A stretch of 64,000 bases of DNA from Candidatus Woesearchaeota archaeon (GTDB taxonomy: Archaea > Nanobdellota > Nanobdellia > Pacearchaeales > GW2011-AR1). The notes under the pieces are model-generated. The model was given only the letters and a program-made list of their open reading frames with translations, did no database searches and was not told where the DNA came from. The number at the start of each line of letters is the position of its first letter. Positions within the stretch are counted from its first letter, which is position 1. The stretch is taken from positions 673,510 through 737,509 of the forward strand of contig CAZNJU010000001.1 in assembly GCA_964573625.1 (NCBI GenBank). The letters are read 5' to 3'. Positions 44,571 through 53,507 of this stretch are shown here, piece by piece. The translations under genes and the position numbers were made by a program.

Positions 44571-47500
44571 ATGCATCGAAAGGGGTTAACCGTTACAGCC
44601 ATTCTTATTGCTTCTATCGTCTTTATCGCTCTCATTACTGCAGGAGTTCTTGTTTATAATTCATATAATTCAACGCCCATTTCACCTGACGGAAATCTTA
44701 CAAACAATACAATCGGAAATCAAAACGGAACACAGGTAAATCCGATCGACACAAATCCTCAGACGCATCTCGCATGTATCAGCGACCGATGCGTTGTTGT
44801 TCAGGGAGCCGGTTCTAATATTAATGGTTGCACGACGATAAATGCAGCTTGTACCACAAGTGGGGGCGGCGGAGGAGGCGGTGGTGGTGGAGGAAGTGGA
44901 GGCGGCACTGGTGGAACATCAAATGTTGCACCAACTGCTCAGTTCGAAGCTATTCCTTCCAATGGTACTGCTCCGTTGTATGTGTTCTTTAATGGTTCTG
45001 GATCATCTGATTCCGACGGTACCATTGTAAGTTACGCGTGGAATTTTGGAGATAATAGTTCTAGCACTGGAATGATTGTTAATCACACCTACACGATTGT
45101 GGGCATTTACAATGTCACGCTTGTCGTGACAGATGATGATAGCGCAACAGGAAGCGCTACATCAAGCATTAACGTCGGTAATCCTGCTGACACAACTCCT
45201 CCACAATATTCTAACGTGATTGCAAATCCTGCAAACGCTGTATACACACCTATCCGCGTGTACACCTTCAGCAGCACGTGGACTGACAATCAGGGTATGA
45301 ATCGCGTTGACTTTATTTTTGATGGCATAACGTATCCAGCGACGGCAAATGGAAGCACCTACACGTATGTGTTAAACAATTTAGGAGCGGGAACACATAC
45401 ATATTCCTTCAGAGGATTCGATCTGTCAAGTAATACTAATCAAACTACGACGACAAATTACATCGTTGCAAAGAATACCACCAATCTTAATTTGGTACTT
45501 ACACCGTCAAATACGGTTCAACAGACGACACAAACGACGGCAACCGGAAGTAATTGTCCGTCTCAAGTTGTTTGTGTTCTGACAAGAAATGGCGCAAGTG
45601 TCAGCAACCCAGACGTGCAGACACTGGTCGCAGGCACGTATGCCTACAATTATTCCTCGTCGGGAAATGCTAATTACAGCGCAACTAGCACGAGTGCGAC
45701 CTTGACGGTTACGAGCCAGCCAACATTCACCTTGAGCGTTACAAAGCAAGCTACTAATGGTGGCGTTGGCACGGTAACCAGTTCCGACGGTGGAATCAAT
45801 TGCGGTGCAACCTGCAGCGCGAATTATATTCAGAATACCGTTGTCACATTGAATGCAACTGCCAACGCTGGCTCAAGCTTCTCTGGTTGGAGCGGTGCAT
45901 GTTCTGGTTCTGGTGCATGTCAAGTTACTATGTCACAAGCGCAGAACGTTATTGCAACGTTTGCTCTTAACGCGCCAACTGCTCCAAGCAACTTGCAAGC
46001 AACTGCTATTTCACAAACGCGCATTGATTTGACATGGACGGATAATAGCAACAATGAAGCTAACTTCACGCTTGAACGTGCTGCCAGTTCGACGTTCACG
46101 ACGATACAACAGACATTCACGATTGCTGCTAATACGCAATCATTCAGCGATACAACGCTTACGGCAGGTACGACATACTTCTACCGTGTTCGTGCAAATA
46201 ACGCAGCTAGTTCGTCTTCAAATTCAAATACAGCAAACGCGACAACTGCTCAACAACAATTCCTTCTTTCAGTTTCTAAAGCAGGTACGGGTAGTGGAAC
46301 GATAACTAGTAATCCTATTGGAATTAATTGCGGAGCTGTGTGCTCAGCTAATTATGTTTCAGGAACACAAGTAACGCTCACTGCTAATTCCTCTGCAGGT
46401 TCTACCTTTGCTGGTTGGAGTGGCGCATGTACTGGAACAGGAAGCTGCAGCGTGACGATGTCACAAGCACAAAGCGTGACAGCGACGTTCACACTTAATC
46501 CTGTCAACTTCACACTTGCTGTTTCTAAAGTGGGTACGGGCTCAGGCACCGTAACAAGTAACGTTAGTGGAATTAACTGTGGAGCTACCTGTTCAGCTAC
46601 ATATGTTTCAGGTACTAACGTGTTATTGACTGCTACGCCAACTGCTGGCTCAACATTTACTGGTTGGTTGGGCGCGTGTTCCGGCACAGGTACATGTACG
46701 GTTTCCATGACTGCAAACAGAAGCGTAACTGCTAACTTTACTCTTACCCAACCACAACAATTTAACCTTGCTGTTTCAAAAATAGGCAGCGGCACGGGAA
46801 CAGTTACAAGTACTCCTCCAGGTATAACGTGTGGAAGCGCGTGTAGCGCCAATTACACCTCTGGAACACAAGTAATTCTTAACGCCACCCCTTCTTCATC
46901 CTCTCAACTAACCCCTACACTTCAAGTTAACGGAAGATATGTCCTTGACAGATGCGGAAACATTTTTGTAGCGCGTGGATTCGAACAAAACCAGAGACTC
47001 GTTTCCTTCGGTGGAACAGCTATCAACGGATCATGGGATGCTGTAATTGACCAGATAGATACTACTAACTCTAATATTGTTCGCATACTCCCTGATGACG
47101 TAACTGTTGCACAAACCCAAGCAATGATTGCGCGTGCAGTGAGCCGCAACCTCATTGTTGATCTACACACATCAGGAAGTAATTATTTCGCACAACCTTC
47201 TGTTCAAACAATGGTCGCACAATACAAAGACCACCTTATCTTAACAGTTATGGGTGAGTACGCAAGTGAAGATCGTAACCAGTGGCAAATTGATGCAACC
47301 AGCACAGTCACAAATATACGTAACATGGGTTACGATGAACCAATTATCATTATTGCACCTAACTCGGGTCGTGACTTACAGGCAATACTTATCTATGGAC
47401 AGGCTATCGAGAACGCAGACTCTCTTCATAAGACTATTTTTGGATGGCAGGCTTACTGGGGTAATTCTAATTGGTATCAGACTTTCTATGGAATGAACTT

Positions 47501-50500
47501 CTCACAAGCTCTCGCTAATATTAGCCAGAAAAACTTCCCAATTCAGCTCGGACTTACATATGACGCCGACAGCCCTTCAGATCCAATAAATTACTCTACA
47601 CTTATGTCTCTTACACAACAATATTCTGTCGGCTGGCTCTGGTGGAATTACTTCAATCGAAACCCTGCAGATATCAACGATGTCGTCACATACGACGGTC
47701 AATGGCACTTTACCTCTTTAGGAGATAGTGTATTCAATGATCCTAACGGATTTGCTAATATTGCCGTCTCTAAAGCCTGCACTTCTGCTCCAGTAAACTC
47801 GGTTTTCTCAGGATGGTCTGGCGCATGTAGCGGAACAGGAACATGCACACTCAACATGAGTGTCAATAGAACGGCCATAGCTAACTTTACATCTTCAGGA
47901 ACTGACGTTACTCCCCCAGGCGTAACTCTGACATCTCCAACAAACAATGCTACTCTCACAACATCTCCTGCAACATTCACAAGTCAAATAACAGACAACC
48001 AAGCACTGAAGAACGCAACACTATGGCTCTGGCAAGGTAATACGATTATTTCACGTACAACCCAAACTATCAGCGGCACGAGCACCACAACAAGCTTCTC
48101 AAACATTACAATACCTTCAGCAGGAAGTTACAAATGGAATGTTCGAGCATTTGATACATCGGGGAATGGAGCATGGGCAGCAGCTAACTTTACAGTTACA
48201 TACTCACCGAATCTTTGTGGTAACGGTCAAATTGATTCTGGTGAACAATGTGATGGTGCCAATCTGGGGGGAAATACCTGTGCATCAGTCGTAGGAACAG
48301 GGAGTACAGGCACATTAACCTGCTCAGGAACATGTACCTTTAATACTGCCCAATGTACTCCTCCAAGTTCATCAGGAAATTTAAGCTTCTCTCGCACTGT
48401 TATTGATAGCGGATTCGCAGGAGACGTAAAAGCTATTGGAGATATCGATGGAGACGGATATCCTGATCTCGTTATTGGAGGACCTGCCATGAACTGGTAC
48501 AAATATCCCACATGGGCAAAAACCACAATAGCTACTCCTACAAACGAATTCACAACAGACATGCAACTTGCAGATATAGACAGCGATGGTGATTTAGATA
48601 TGATAACTGCTGATGGCAATCTAAACAATAATGTAATCTGGTTCGAAAATCCTCGCCCAAGTGGAAACCCTTCATCATCAACATGGATTAGACATGAAAT
48701 AGGTGCTCAAGGATATTACGTCCATGATTTCGAAATTGCTGACTTTGATAACGATGGTAAATTAGATGTCTTAGCACGAAAGGGTTCGACCAATATATTC
48801 TTCCAGAATAATGGCACGTGGACTAGAAGAGACATCAGTCAATTCGTCGCAAATGCTGATGGAGAGGGTATGGGTATTGGAGATGTTGATAGCGATGGAG
48901 ATATTGATATAGTAGCCGGAGGAACATGGGTAGAAACACCAAGTAATCCTCGAACTGCAGCCTTTGTAGTACACACTATCGCAAGTGGATGGACAGGTGA
49001 AATCACAGGAACCGTAGCAGATCTTAATGCGGACACAAAACCAGATGTTATTTTCGCACGTCAACATGGAGGCGGCGCATTTGTATGGTATGAATCAGCA
49101 ACACCTCTTACGGGACCATGGACTGCCCATACCATAGATAACAATATGGGTGGACATAAGATCAATGTAGGTGACTTCAATAAAGATGGTAGAATGGACA
49201 TTTCAATTGGATTGGAGCTTACCGATCTAAGCGTATACATAAACAACGGAGGAACATCGCCAACTTTCACGAAGCAGCGTCTTTCAAATACTGGACTACA
49301 TAATCAACGCATTGGAGATATAGGAAGTGATGGTGATTTAGACATATTCGGCGCCAATTACATCGGAAATCCTCCTGTCGAACTTTGGGAAAATATGATT
49401 AACGCCCCTCTAAAACTTACCAACTGGACGTACAAGCAAGTCTCTAGTGCGCACGTGCAAACATTTGGACTTACGTTTGCTGATGTCGATCACGATGGAA
49501 GAGTTGACATTGTATCAGGAGCATTCTGGTATCGCAATCCCGGTGGAAACCTCATGGGCACCTGGACACAGAATAGTTTCCCAGCCGGACGTCAAGCGAT
49601 GCTCGTCACGGATGTAGATGGTGACTCATTTACAGACATAATTGCTCAAGGAGCTGCAGTTAATTTCGAAGTACAATTATTCTGGCTTGAAGCAACTAAT
49701 GCGCAGGGAACAAGCTGGAACTCAGTACTCCTAGGTACAATACCTCAGACAAGTCACTCGACACTTGGAACCCAAGGATATAGAACCGCACAACTAGAAG
49801 CAGGTGGTAAAGAAGAAGTTATTGTATCTACTGTAAGTGGATTTGGAATATATTACTTCAGAATACCAAGTAACCCTGGTGCTGGTAACTGGCCACGCGT
49901 ACAGGTAAACATAAATCCTTCAGATGAAGGGATCGGTGTTGGAGATATAGATCGTGATGGTGATTTAGATCTTGTTGCAACAACCGGAGATACAAAGCGT
50001 GTTGAATGGTATCGCAATCCTCGCACTGGTGCTGGTAACTGGCCGGCTACCGTTATTGCTAGTATTCCACAGGCTACCTGGCTAGATCGTGTCGAGGTTG
50101 GCGACTTCAATAAAGATGGTAAGCTTGACGTCGTAGTTACAGAAGAAGGTAATAATGCTGATACTATGTGGTTTAGACAGCCTGCCGATCCGCTAACTCC
50201 TAATTGGCAGCAATCACTTATTACTACTCAAACAAGTACGAATAGTATGGATGTAGCTGATATAGACAAAGATGGCGACACAGACGTTATCGTGGCTGAA
50301 ATGGATGATCCAAAACATGTAACTATTTTTGCTAACTCAGGTACCGGCACATTCACACCGACAGTTGTTTCAAGTGGTTTTGAAAGTCATCTTGGCGCGC
50401 GAACTGCCGATCTAGATAATGATGGGGACCTCGATATTGTCAGTATTGTCTGGTGGAACCCTAATTTCGTACACCTCTGGCGCAATGATAACAAGCTTCT

Positions 50501-50771
50501 CTGTACTATGTGTCTCAATTTCGGAGGCGGACCAGAGCCCGATCCTGCTCTAAATTCTCCTCCTTATTCATTCTACCAAAAGATACAGCAAACTATTCAG
50601 CATATCTTCCGTCTTCAAACTAGCGAGCAGAGTAAAGAAACCACAATAGTGGGCAACGTAATTTCATCAAGCAGTCACGTAAGCGATCAAAAAAGCATAC
50701 TTGCTCTTCTTGCCCTGTTTGCCATTGCAATAACGCTGATAATACTTACTAATGGAAAAAGACGACTTTAA
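44571..50771 (+). CDS. giant (2066 aa) surface protein: PKD, Cys-containing B-repeats x5-6, FN3, GH5-like TIM-barrel, Cys-rich (myxo-type) repeat, about 14 FG-GAP repeats (two beta-propellers), C-terminal TM
   Basis: N-terminal TM/signal; poly-Gly; PKD (WNFGDNS); repeats GINCGA.CSANY.SGT.V.L.A....GS.F.GWSGAC.G.G.C; FN3 (LTWTDNS...YFYRVRA); GH-A clan-like region (VARGFEQN...MGEYA); CGNGQIDSGEQCDG; FG-GAP (IGDIDGDGYPDLVIGG, x14). Confidence 0.75.
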   Translation: MHRKGLTVTAILIASIVFIALITAGVLVYNSYNSTPISPDGNLTNNTIGNQNGTQVNPIDTNPQTHLACISDRCVVVQGAGSNINGCTTINAACTTSGGGGGGGGGGGSGGGTGGTSNVAPTAQFEAIPSNGTAPLYVFFNGSGSSDSDGTIVSYAWNFGDNSSSTGMIVNHTYTIVGIYNVTLVVTDDDSATGSATSSINVGNPADTTPPQYSNVIANPANAVYTPIRVYTFSSTWTDNQGMNRVDFIFDGITYPATANGSTYTYVLNNLGAGTHTYSFRGFDLSSNTNQTTTTNYIVAKNTTNLNLVLTPSNTVQQTTQTTATGSNCPSQVVCVLTRNGASVSNPDVQTLVAGTYAYNYSSSGNANYSATSTSATLTVTSQPTFTLSVTKQATNGGVGTVTSSDGGINCGATCSANYIQNTVVTLNATANAGSSFSGWSGACSGSGACQVTMSQAQNVIATFALNAPTAPSNLQATAISQTRIDLTWTDNSNNEANFTLERAASSTFTTIQQTFTIAANTQSFSDTTLTAGTTYFYRVRANNAASSSSNSNTANATTAQQQFLLSVSKAGTGSGTITSNPIGINCGAVCSANYVSGTQVTLTANSSAGSTFAGWSGACTGTGSCSVTMSQAQSVTATFTLNPVNFTLAVSKVGTGSGTVTSNVSGINCGATCSATYVSGTNVLLTATPTAGSTFTGWLGACSGTGTCTVSMTANRSVTANFTLTQPQQFNLAVSKIGSGTGTVTSTPPGITCGSACSANYTSGTQVILNATPSSSSQLTPTLQVNGRYVLDRCGNIFVARGFEQNQRLVSFGGTAINGSWDAVIDQIDTTNSNIVRILPDDVTVAQTQAMIARAVSRNLIVDLHTSGSNYFAQPSVQTMVAQYKDHLILTVMGEYASEDRNQWQIDATSTVTNIRNMGYDEPIIIIAPNSGRDLQAILIYGQAIENADSLHKTIFGWQAYWGNSNWYQTFYGMNFSQALANISQKNFPIQLGLTYDADSPSDPINYSTLMSLTQQYSVGWLWWNYFNRNPADINDVVTYDGQWHFTSLGDSVFNDPNGFANIAVSKACTSAPVNSVFSGWSGACSGTGTCTLNMSVNRTAIANFTSSGTDVTPPGVTLTSPTNNATLTTSPATFTSQITDNQALKNATLWLWQGNTIISRTTQTISGTSTTTSFSNITIPSAGSYKWNVRAFDTSGNGAWAAANFTVTYSPNLCGNGQIDSGEQCDGANLGGNTCASVVGTGSTGTLTCSGTCTFNTAQCTPPSSSGNLSFSRTVIDSGFAGDVKAIGDIDGDGYPDLVIGGPAMNWYKYPTWAKTTIATPTNEFTTDMQLADIDSDGDLDMITADGNLNNNVIWFENPRPSGNPSSSTWIRHEIGAQGYYVHDFEIADFDNDGKLDVLARKGSTNIFFQNNGTWTRRDISQFVANADGEGMGIGDVDSDGDIDIVAGGTWVETPSNPRTAAFVVHTIASGWTGEITGTVADLNADTKPDVIFARQHGGGAFVWYESATPLTGPWTAHTIDNNMGGHKINVGDFNKDGRMDISIGLELTDLSVYINNGGTSPTFTKQRLSNTGLHNQRIGDIGSDGDLDIFGANYIGNPPVELWENMINAPLKLTNWTYKQVSSAHVQTFGLTFADVDHDGRVDIVSGAFWYRNPGGNLMGTWTQNSFPAGRQAMLVTDVDGDSFTDIIAQGAAVNFEVQLFWLEATNAQGTSWNSVLLGTIPQTSHSTLGTQGYRTAQLEAGGKEEVIVSTVSGFGIYYFRIPSNPGAGNWPRVQVNINPSDEGIGVGDIDRDGDLDLVATTGDTKRVEWYRNPRTGAGNWPATVIASIPQATWLDRVEVGDFNKDGKLDVVVTEEGNNADTMWFRQPADPLTPNWQQSLITTQTSTNSMDVADIDKDGDTDVIVAEMDDPKHVTIFANSGTGTFTPTVVSSGFESHLGARTADLDNDGDLDIVSIVWWNPNFVHLWRNDNKLLCTMCLNFGGGPEPDPALNSPPYSFYQKIQQTIQHIFRLQTSEQSKETTIVGNVISSSSHVSDQKSILALLALFAIAITLIILTNGKRRL
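45715..46900 (+). repeat. tandem about 250-nt coding repeats (Cys-containing B-repeat domains) with interposed FN3
   Basis: 70-80% nucleotide identity between successive units, e.g. 46270..46440 versus 46520..46690. Confidence 0.7.
48400..50480 (+). repeat. about 14 FG-GAP/integrin-alpha-type calcium-binding repeats (coding)
   Basis: D.D.DG..D motif recurring every 45-60 aa. Confidence 0.75.
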
Positions 50772-51129
50772 GAAGAAATTAACAAAAGAGCAATATCGCG
50801 TACTGCGTGAAAAGGGAACAGAAGCTCCGTTTACATCAGAATTTCTGCGCAATAAAGAGAGTGGAATGTATGCTTGTGCTGCCTGTGGAAATGTATTATT
50901 TGCTTCTAATGCAAAATTCGACTCAGGGACGGGATGGCCTAGCTTTGACGAGCCAGCAAACAAAGAAAATATTGTTCTCAAAGAAGATACAACCCAGGGT
51001 ATGAGTCGTATAGAAGTTATCTGCAAGAAATGTGGAAGCCATTTAGGTCATGTATTTCCCGACGGCCCTACAAAAACGGGCCAAAGATTCTGCATTAACG
51101 GCTGTGCGTTGAACTTTAAGAAGAAATAA
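50752..51129 (+). CDS. msrB: peptide-methionine (R)-S-oxide reductase
   Basis: two CxxC zinc motifs (CAACGN, CKKCGSHLGH) and catalytic RFCINGCAL. Confidence 0.9.
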   Translation: MEKDDFKKKLTKEQYRVLREKGTEAPFTSEFLRNKESGMYACAACGNVLFASNAKFDSGTGWPSFDEPANKENIVLKEDTTQGMSRIEVICKKCGSHLGHVFPDGPTKTGQRFCINGCALNFKKK

Positions 51130-51136
51130 CTAGAAA

Positions 51137-51478
51137 CTAAAAGCTAAATTTATCAGCAAAGGGTCCTACTAGAGGAATTTGCTTCATTTCTCCGCTGAAT
51201 GCATAGACCATTCCAACGATCCAGAGGATAAGTAAGCCTATTTCCGCAATAGCAATAATCAACCAGCCGATTACCGGGATAAATCCGAGGATCATGCTTG
51301 CTACCCAAACAATTAGCCATGCAAAGAAAAGCACAAGGCTCTGCTTAGCGTAGAACATCACGTATTTATCATCTTTCTTAGCAATATATGCAATAAGGAA
51401 TCCAATAACGCTCAATAGAACAGCAAGAAAAGCAAAAAGCTTTGAATCATCTGCTTTTTTCTGTGTCACTTTAGCCAT
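51137..51478 (-). CDS. DUF4870-like small membrane protein
   Basis: 113 aa, 3 TM, YAKQSL...WL pattern. Confidence 0.45.
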   Translation of the reverse strand: MAKVTQKKADDSKLFAFLAVLLSVIGFLIAYIAKKDDKYVMFYAKQSLVLFFAWLIVWVASMILGFIPVIGWLIIAIAEIGLLILWIVGMVYAFSGEMKQIPLVGPFADKFSF

Positions 51479-51531
51479 ACTAGATATAGGAAAATGCCCT
51501 TTAAAAACCTACCTAGAAAATGAAAAATGAA

Positions 51532-52077
51532 TTATTTGCCGTATACTTTTCGAACAATTGAGACTATATCTTGAATACCTTGTTCATCGCTTGCGATCAT
51601 TATAGGTGGAAACCTGCAAAGAGGAGTTGCTTGTGGATCAGGAATACGAGTTGAGCGATAAAAAGGAAGTATTGGAACCGTTGCGTCTGCGCCAATCTTT
51701 AGCATAACGCCTGCATCAGTGGAAGGTGTTCCCACATCCCCTACAACTAAATAAGAATTTGTAATATTTCTATGCACTTGCGCATAAACCTCATTAGGTA
51801 ATAAAGATTGAGAGACATCGCGATGAGGCAAGAAGGTACCTACCCCTACTTGCTGCTCAATAGTCTGGGCAAGAGATTCATAGAAAGGAAATTCCTTAAT
51901 CGCCTCAGGCTCGGCACCAGGAGTGCACGAAGTTGCAAAACAAACGTGTCCTTCAAGTGCGCGCACAACAGGTCTAGTTCTTATGTCTGGGCGAGGCCTA
52001 GGTTGTGTCTTTGGAGCAAATCTTGATCTTACTTCAGTTGAAGGATCATGTGTATCTGAAATAGTTCCGGAAGCCAT
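51532..52077 (-). CDS. hypothetical protein
   Basis: 181-aa ORF, Pro/Arg-rich N-terminus. Confidence 0.4.
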   Translation of the reverse strand: MASGTISDTHDPSTEVRSRFAPKTQPRPRPDIRTRPVVRALEGHVCFATSCTPGAEPEAIKEFPFYESLAQTIEQQVGVGTFLPHRDVSQSLLPNEVYAQVHRNITNSYLVVGDVGTPSTDAGVMLKIGADATVPILPFYRSTRIPDPQATPLCRFPPIMIASDEQGIQDIVSIVRKVYGK

Positions 52078-52127
52078 AAGAAAAAGTCATTTTTCGAGTA
52101 TAAATAATTAATGGTGAGTGAAAACAA

Positions 52128-52712
52128 TTATTGCGGCAGCTGTCCGCTTCCAAGAACAGGCGTATCTAGTGATGTGACTTCAGCATGATAATAATCTTTT
52201 TCAGTGAATCCAAACATCCCTGCTATCATATTACCGGGGAATCTCTTGATGGCTGTGTTGTATGTCTGAATCGATTCAATATATCTCCCGCGGGCAGTTG
52301 TAATTCTATTTTGTGTTCCCGAAAGTTCATCAGTTAGGGCAATATATTGAGTGTTAGCCTGTAATTGAGGATAACTTTCAGCTACTGCATTAACAAATGT
52401 GGCCACGCTATTAGCCATTTGAACTCCAGAAGCATCTTTGTCAGCAGTGCTTTGCGCTCCCTGCCACTGTGTTCGTGCAGCAATAACGTCTTTAACGAAC
52501 TTTGTCTCAACGCTCACAGCGCTTGAGACGACTGAAACCAAATTAGGAATTAAGTCTGCTTGTCTTTGATATTGGTTCTCAACCTCGCTCCATTTAGAAT
52601 TAATCTGCTGATCGAGACTAACAAACCTATTGTACGCGCTTGCAAGATAAAGCCCTATAACGAGCACAAGAGCAAGAGCGATAATTCCAATCCATAATCC
52701 GCGTTTCATCAT
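52128..52712 (-). CDS. lemA: LemA family protein
   Basis: N-terminal TM then AYNRFVSLDQQINSKWSEVENQYQRQADLIPNLV, the canonical LemA region. Confidence 0.8.
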   Translation of the reverse strand: MMKRGLWIGIIALALVLVIGLYLASAYNRFVSLDQQINSKWSEVENQYQRQADLIPNLVSVVSSAVSVETKFVKDVIAARTQWQGAQSTADKDASGVQMANSVATFVNAVAESYPQLQANTQYIALTDELSGTQNRITTARGRYIESIQTYNTAIKRFPGNMIAGMFGFTEKDYYHAEVTSLDTPVLGSGQLPQ

Positions 52713-52739
52713 AGTATTTGTGTAAATTTCTTTAAATAT

Positions 52740-53432
52740 CTATCTTCCAGCTCCGCCACCGCCAAACCCTCCTCCTCCGAAGCCTCCTCCGAATCCTCCA
52801 CCACCAGAACGTGATCCAGGAATAAAGATAGGTGCCCACCAAATACTTCTTCGCGAATGACGCGCAATCCATGAAAAAATAATAATCGCCAGAATGATTA
52901 CGAGTATAATCAAGAGCCAGTTAATCTTTGAAGGTTGTCTAGAAATAAGCTCATTTCGGTTAGCTTCGAGTTCATCAGCGAGCGCAATACTAAATTGCAC
53001 AATACCTTCACTCACATTACCCTCGTCTCGCCAGGGAACGTAATACGTATCGAGCATTCTGCCCACCTTAGAATCAGGCAATATTCCCTCGACACCATAT
53101 CCTGTGCTCACCCATAATTTTCCCACGTCTTTTACATACAATATAACGATTCCATTATCCGTATCTGCTGCTCCCACGCCCCATTCCTGTCCAATCATAG
53201 TCGCATATTCACTCGGAGAGTATCCTTCCGCATTTTCAACGCTCACAAAAACAACTTGTGCAGAGGTATTTTGCTCGACTTCCTCAAACAAATAATGTAC
53301 GAAAAGAGAATCGTCAGAATTCAATATGCTTGCAAAGTCGTTTACATAGGCATCCTGCGCAGAAGGCACGTTAGCAGTTACTGTGCTCGCTATAACTGCT
53401 ATGAAAAAAATAAATAAAGTAGATTTGTTCAT
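52740..53432 (-). CDS. TPM-domain (YgcG-like) protein with C-terminal TM and poly-Gly tail
   Basis: signal peptide, TPM fold segment (YVNDFASIL...QVVFVSV), TM, GGGGFGGGFGGGGFGGGGAGR tail; classic LemA-TPM gene pair. Confidence 0.7.
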   Translation of the reverse strand: MNKSTLFIFFIAVIASTVTANVPSAQDAYVNDFASILNSDDSLFVHYLFEEVEQNTSAQVVFVSVENAEGYSPSEYATMIGQEWGVGAADTDNGIVILYVKDVGKLWVSTGYGVEGILPDSKVGRMLDTYYVPWRDEGNVSEGIVQFSIALADELEANRNELISRQPSKINWLLIILVIILAIIIFSWIARHSRRSIWWAPIFIPGSRSGGGGFGGGFGGGGFGGGGAGR

Positions 53433-53507
53433 AGTATACTTAAGAAATACCTCTTTAAATATAAATAGATTACAAACGTTTAAATAAGATCAAAAGAATA
53501 TTTTTCA

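Noticed and set aside
44860-44925. G-rich DNA tract (ggnggn)n
   Set aside because: It encodes a poly-Gly linker in frame. Similar tracts occur at 19370..19400, 28180..28230 and 54760..54790. I see no evidence for a G-quadruplex or regulatory role.
45507-50110. Numerous 60-170-aa antisense or off-frame ORFs inside the 2066-aa gene (for example 46352..46852 on the minus strand) and inside other large genes
   Set aside because: They are fully nested in long ORFs with clear domain content, so I treat them as spurious.
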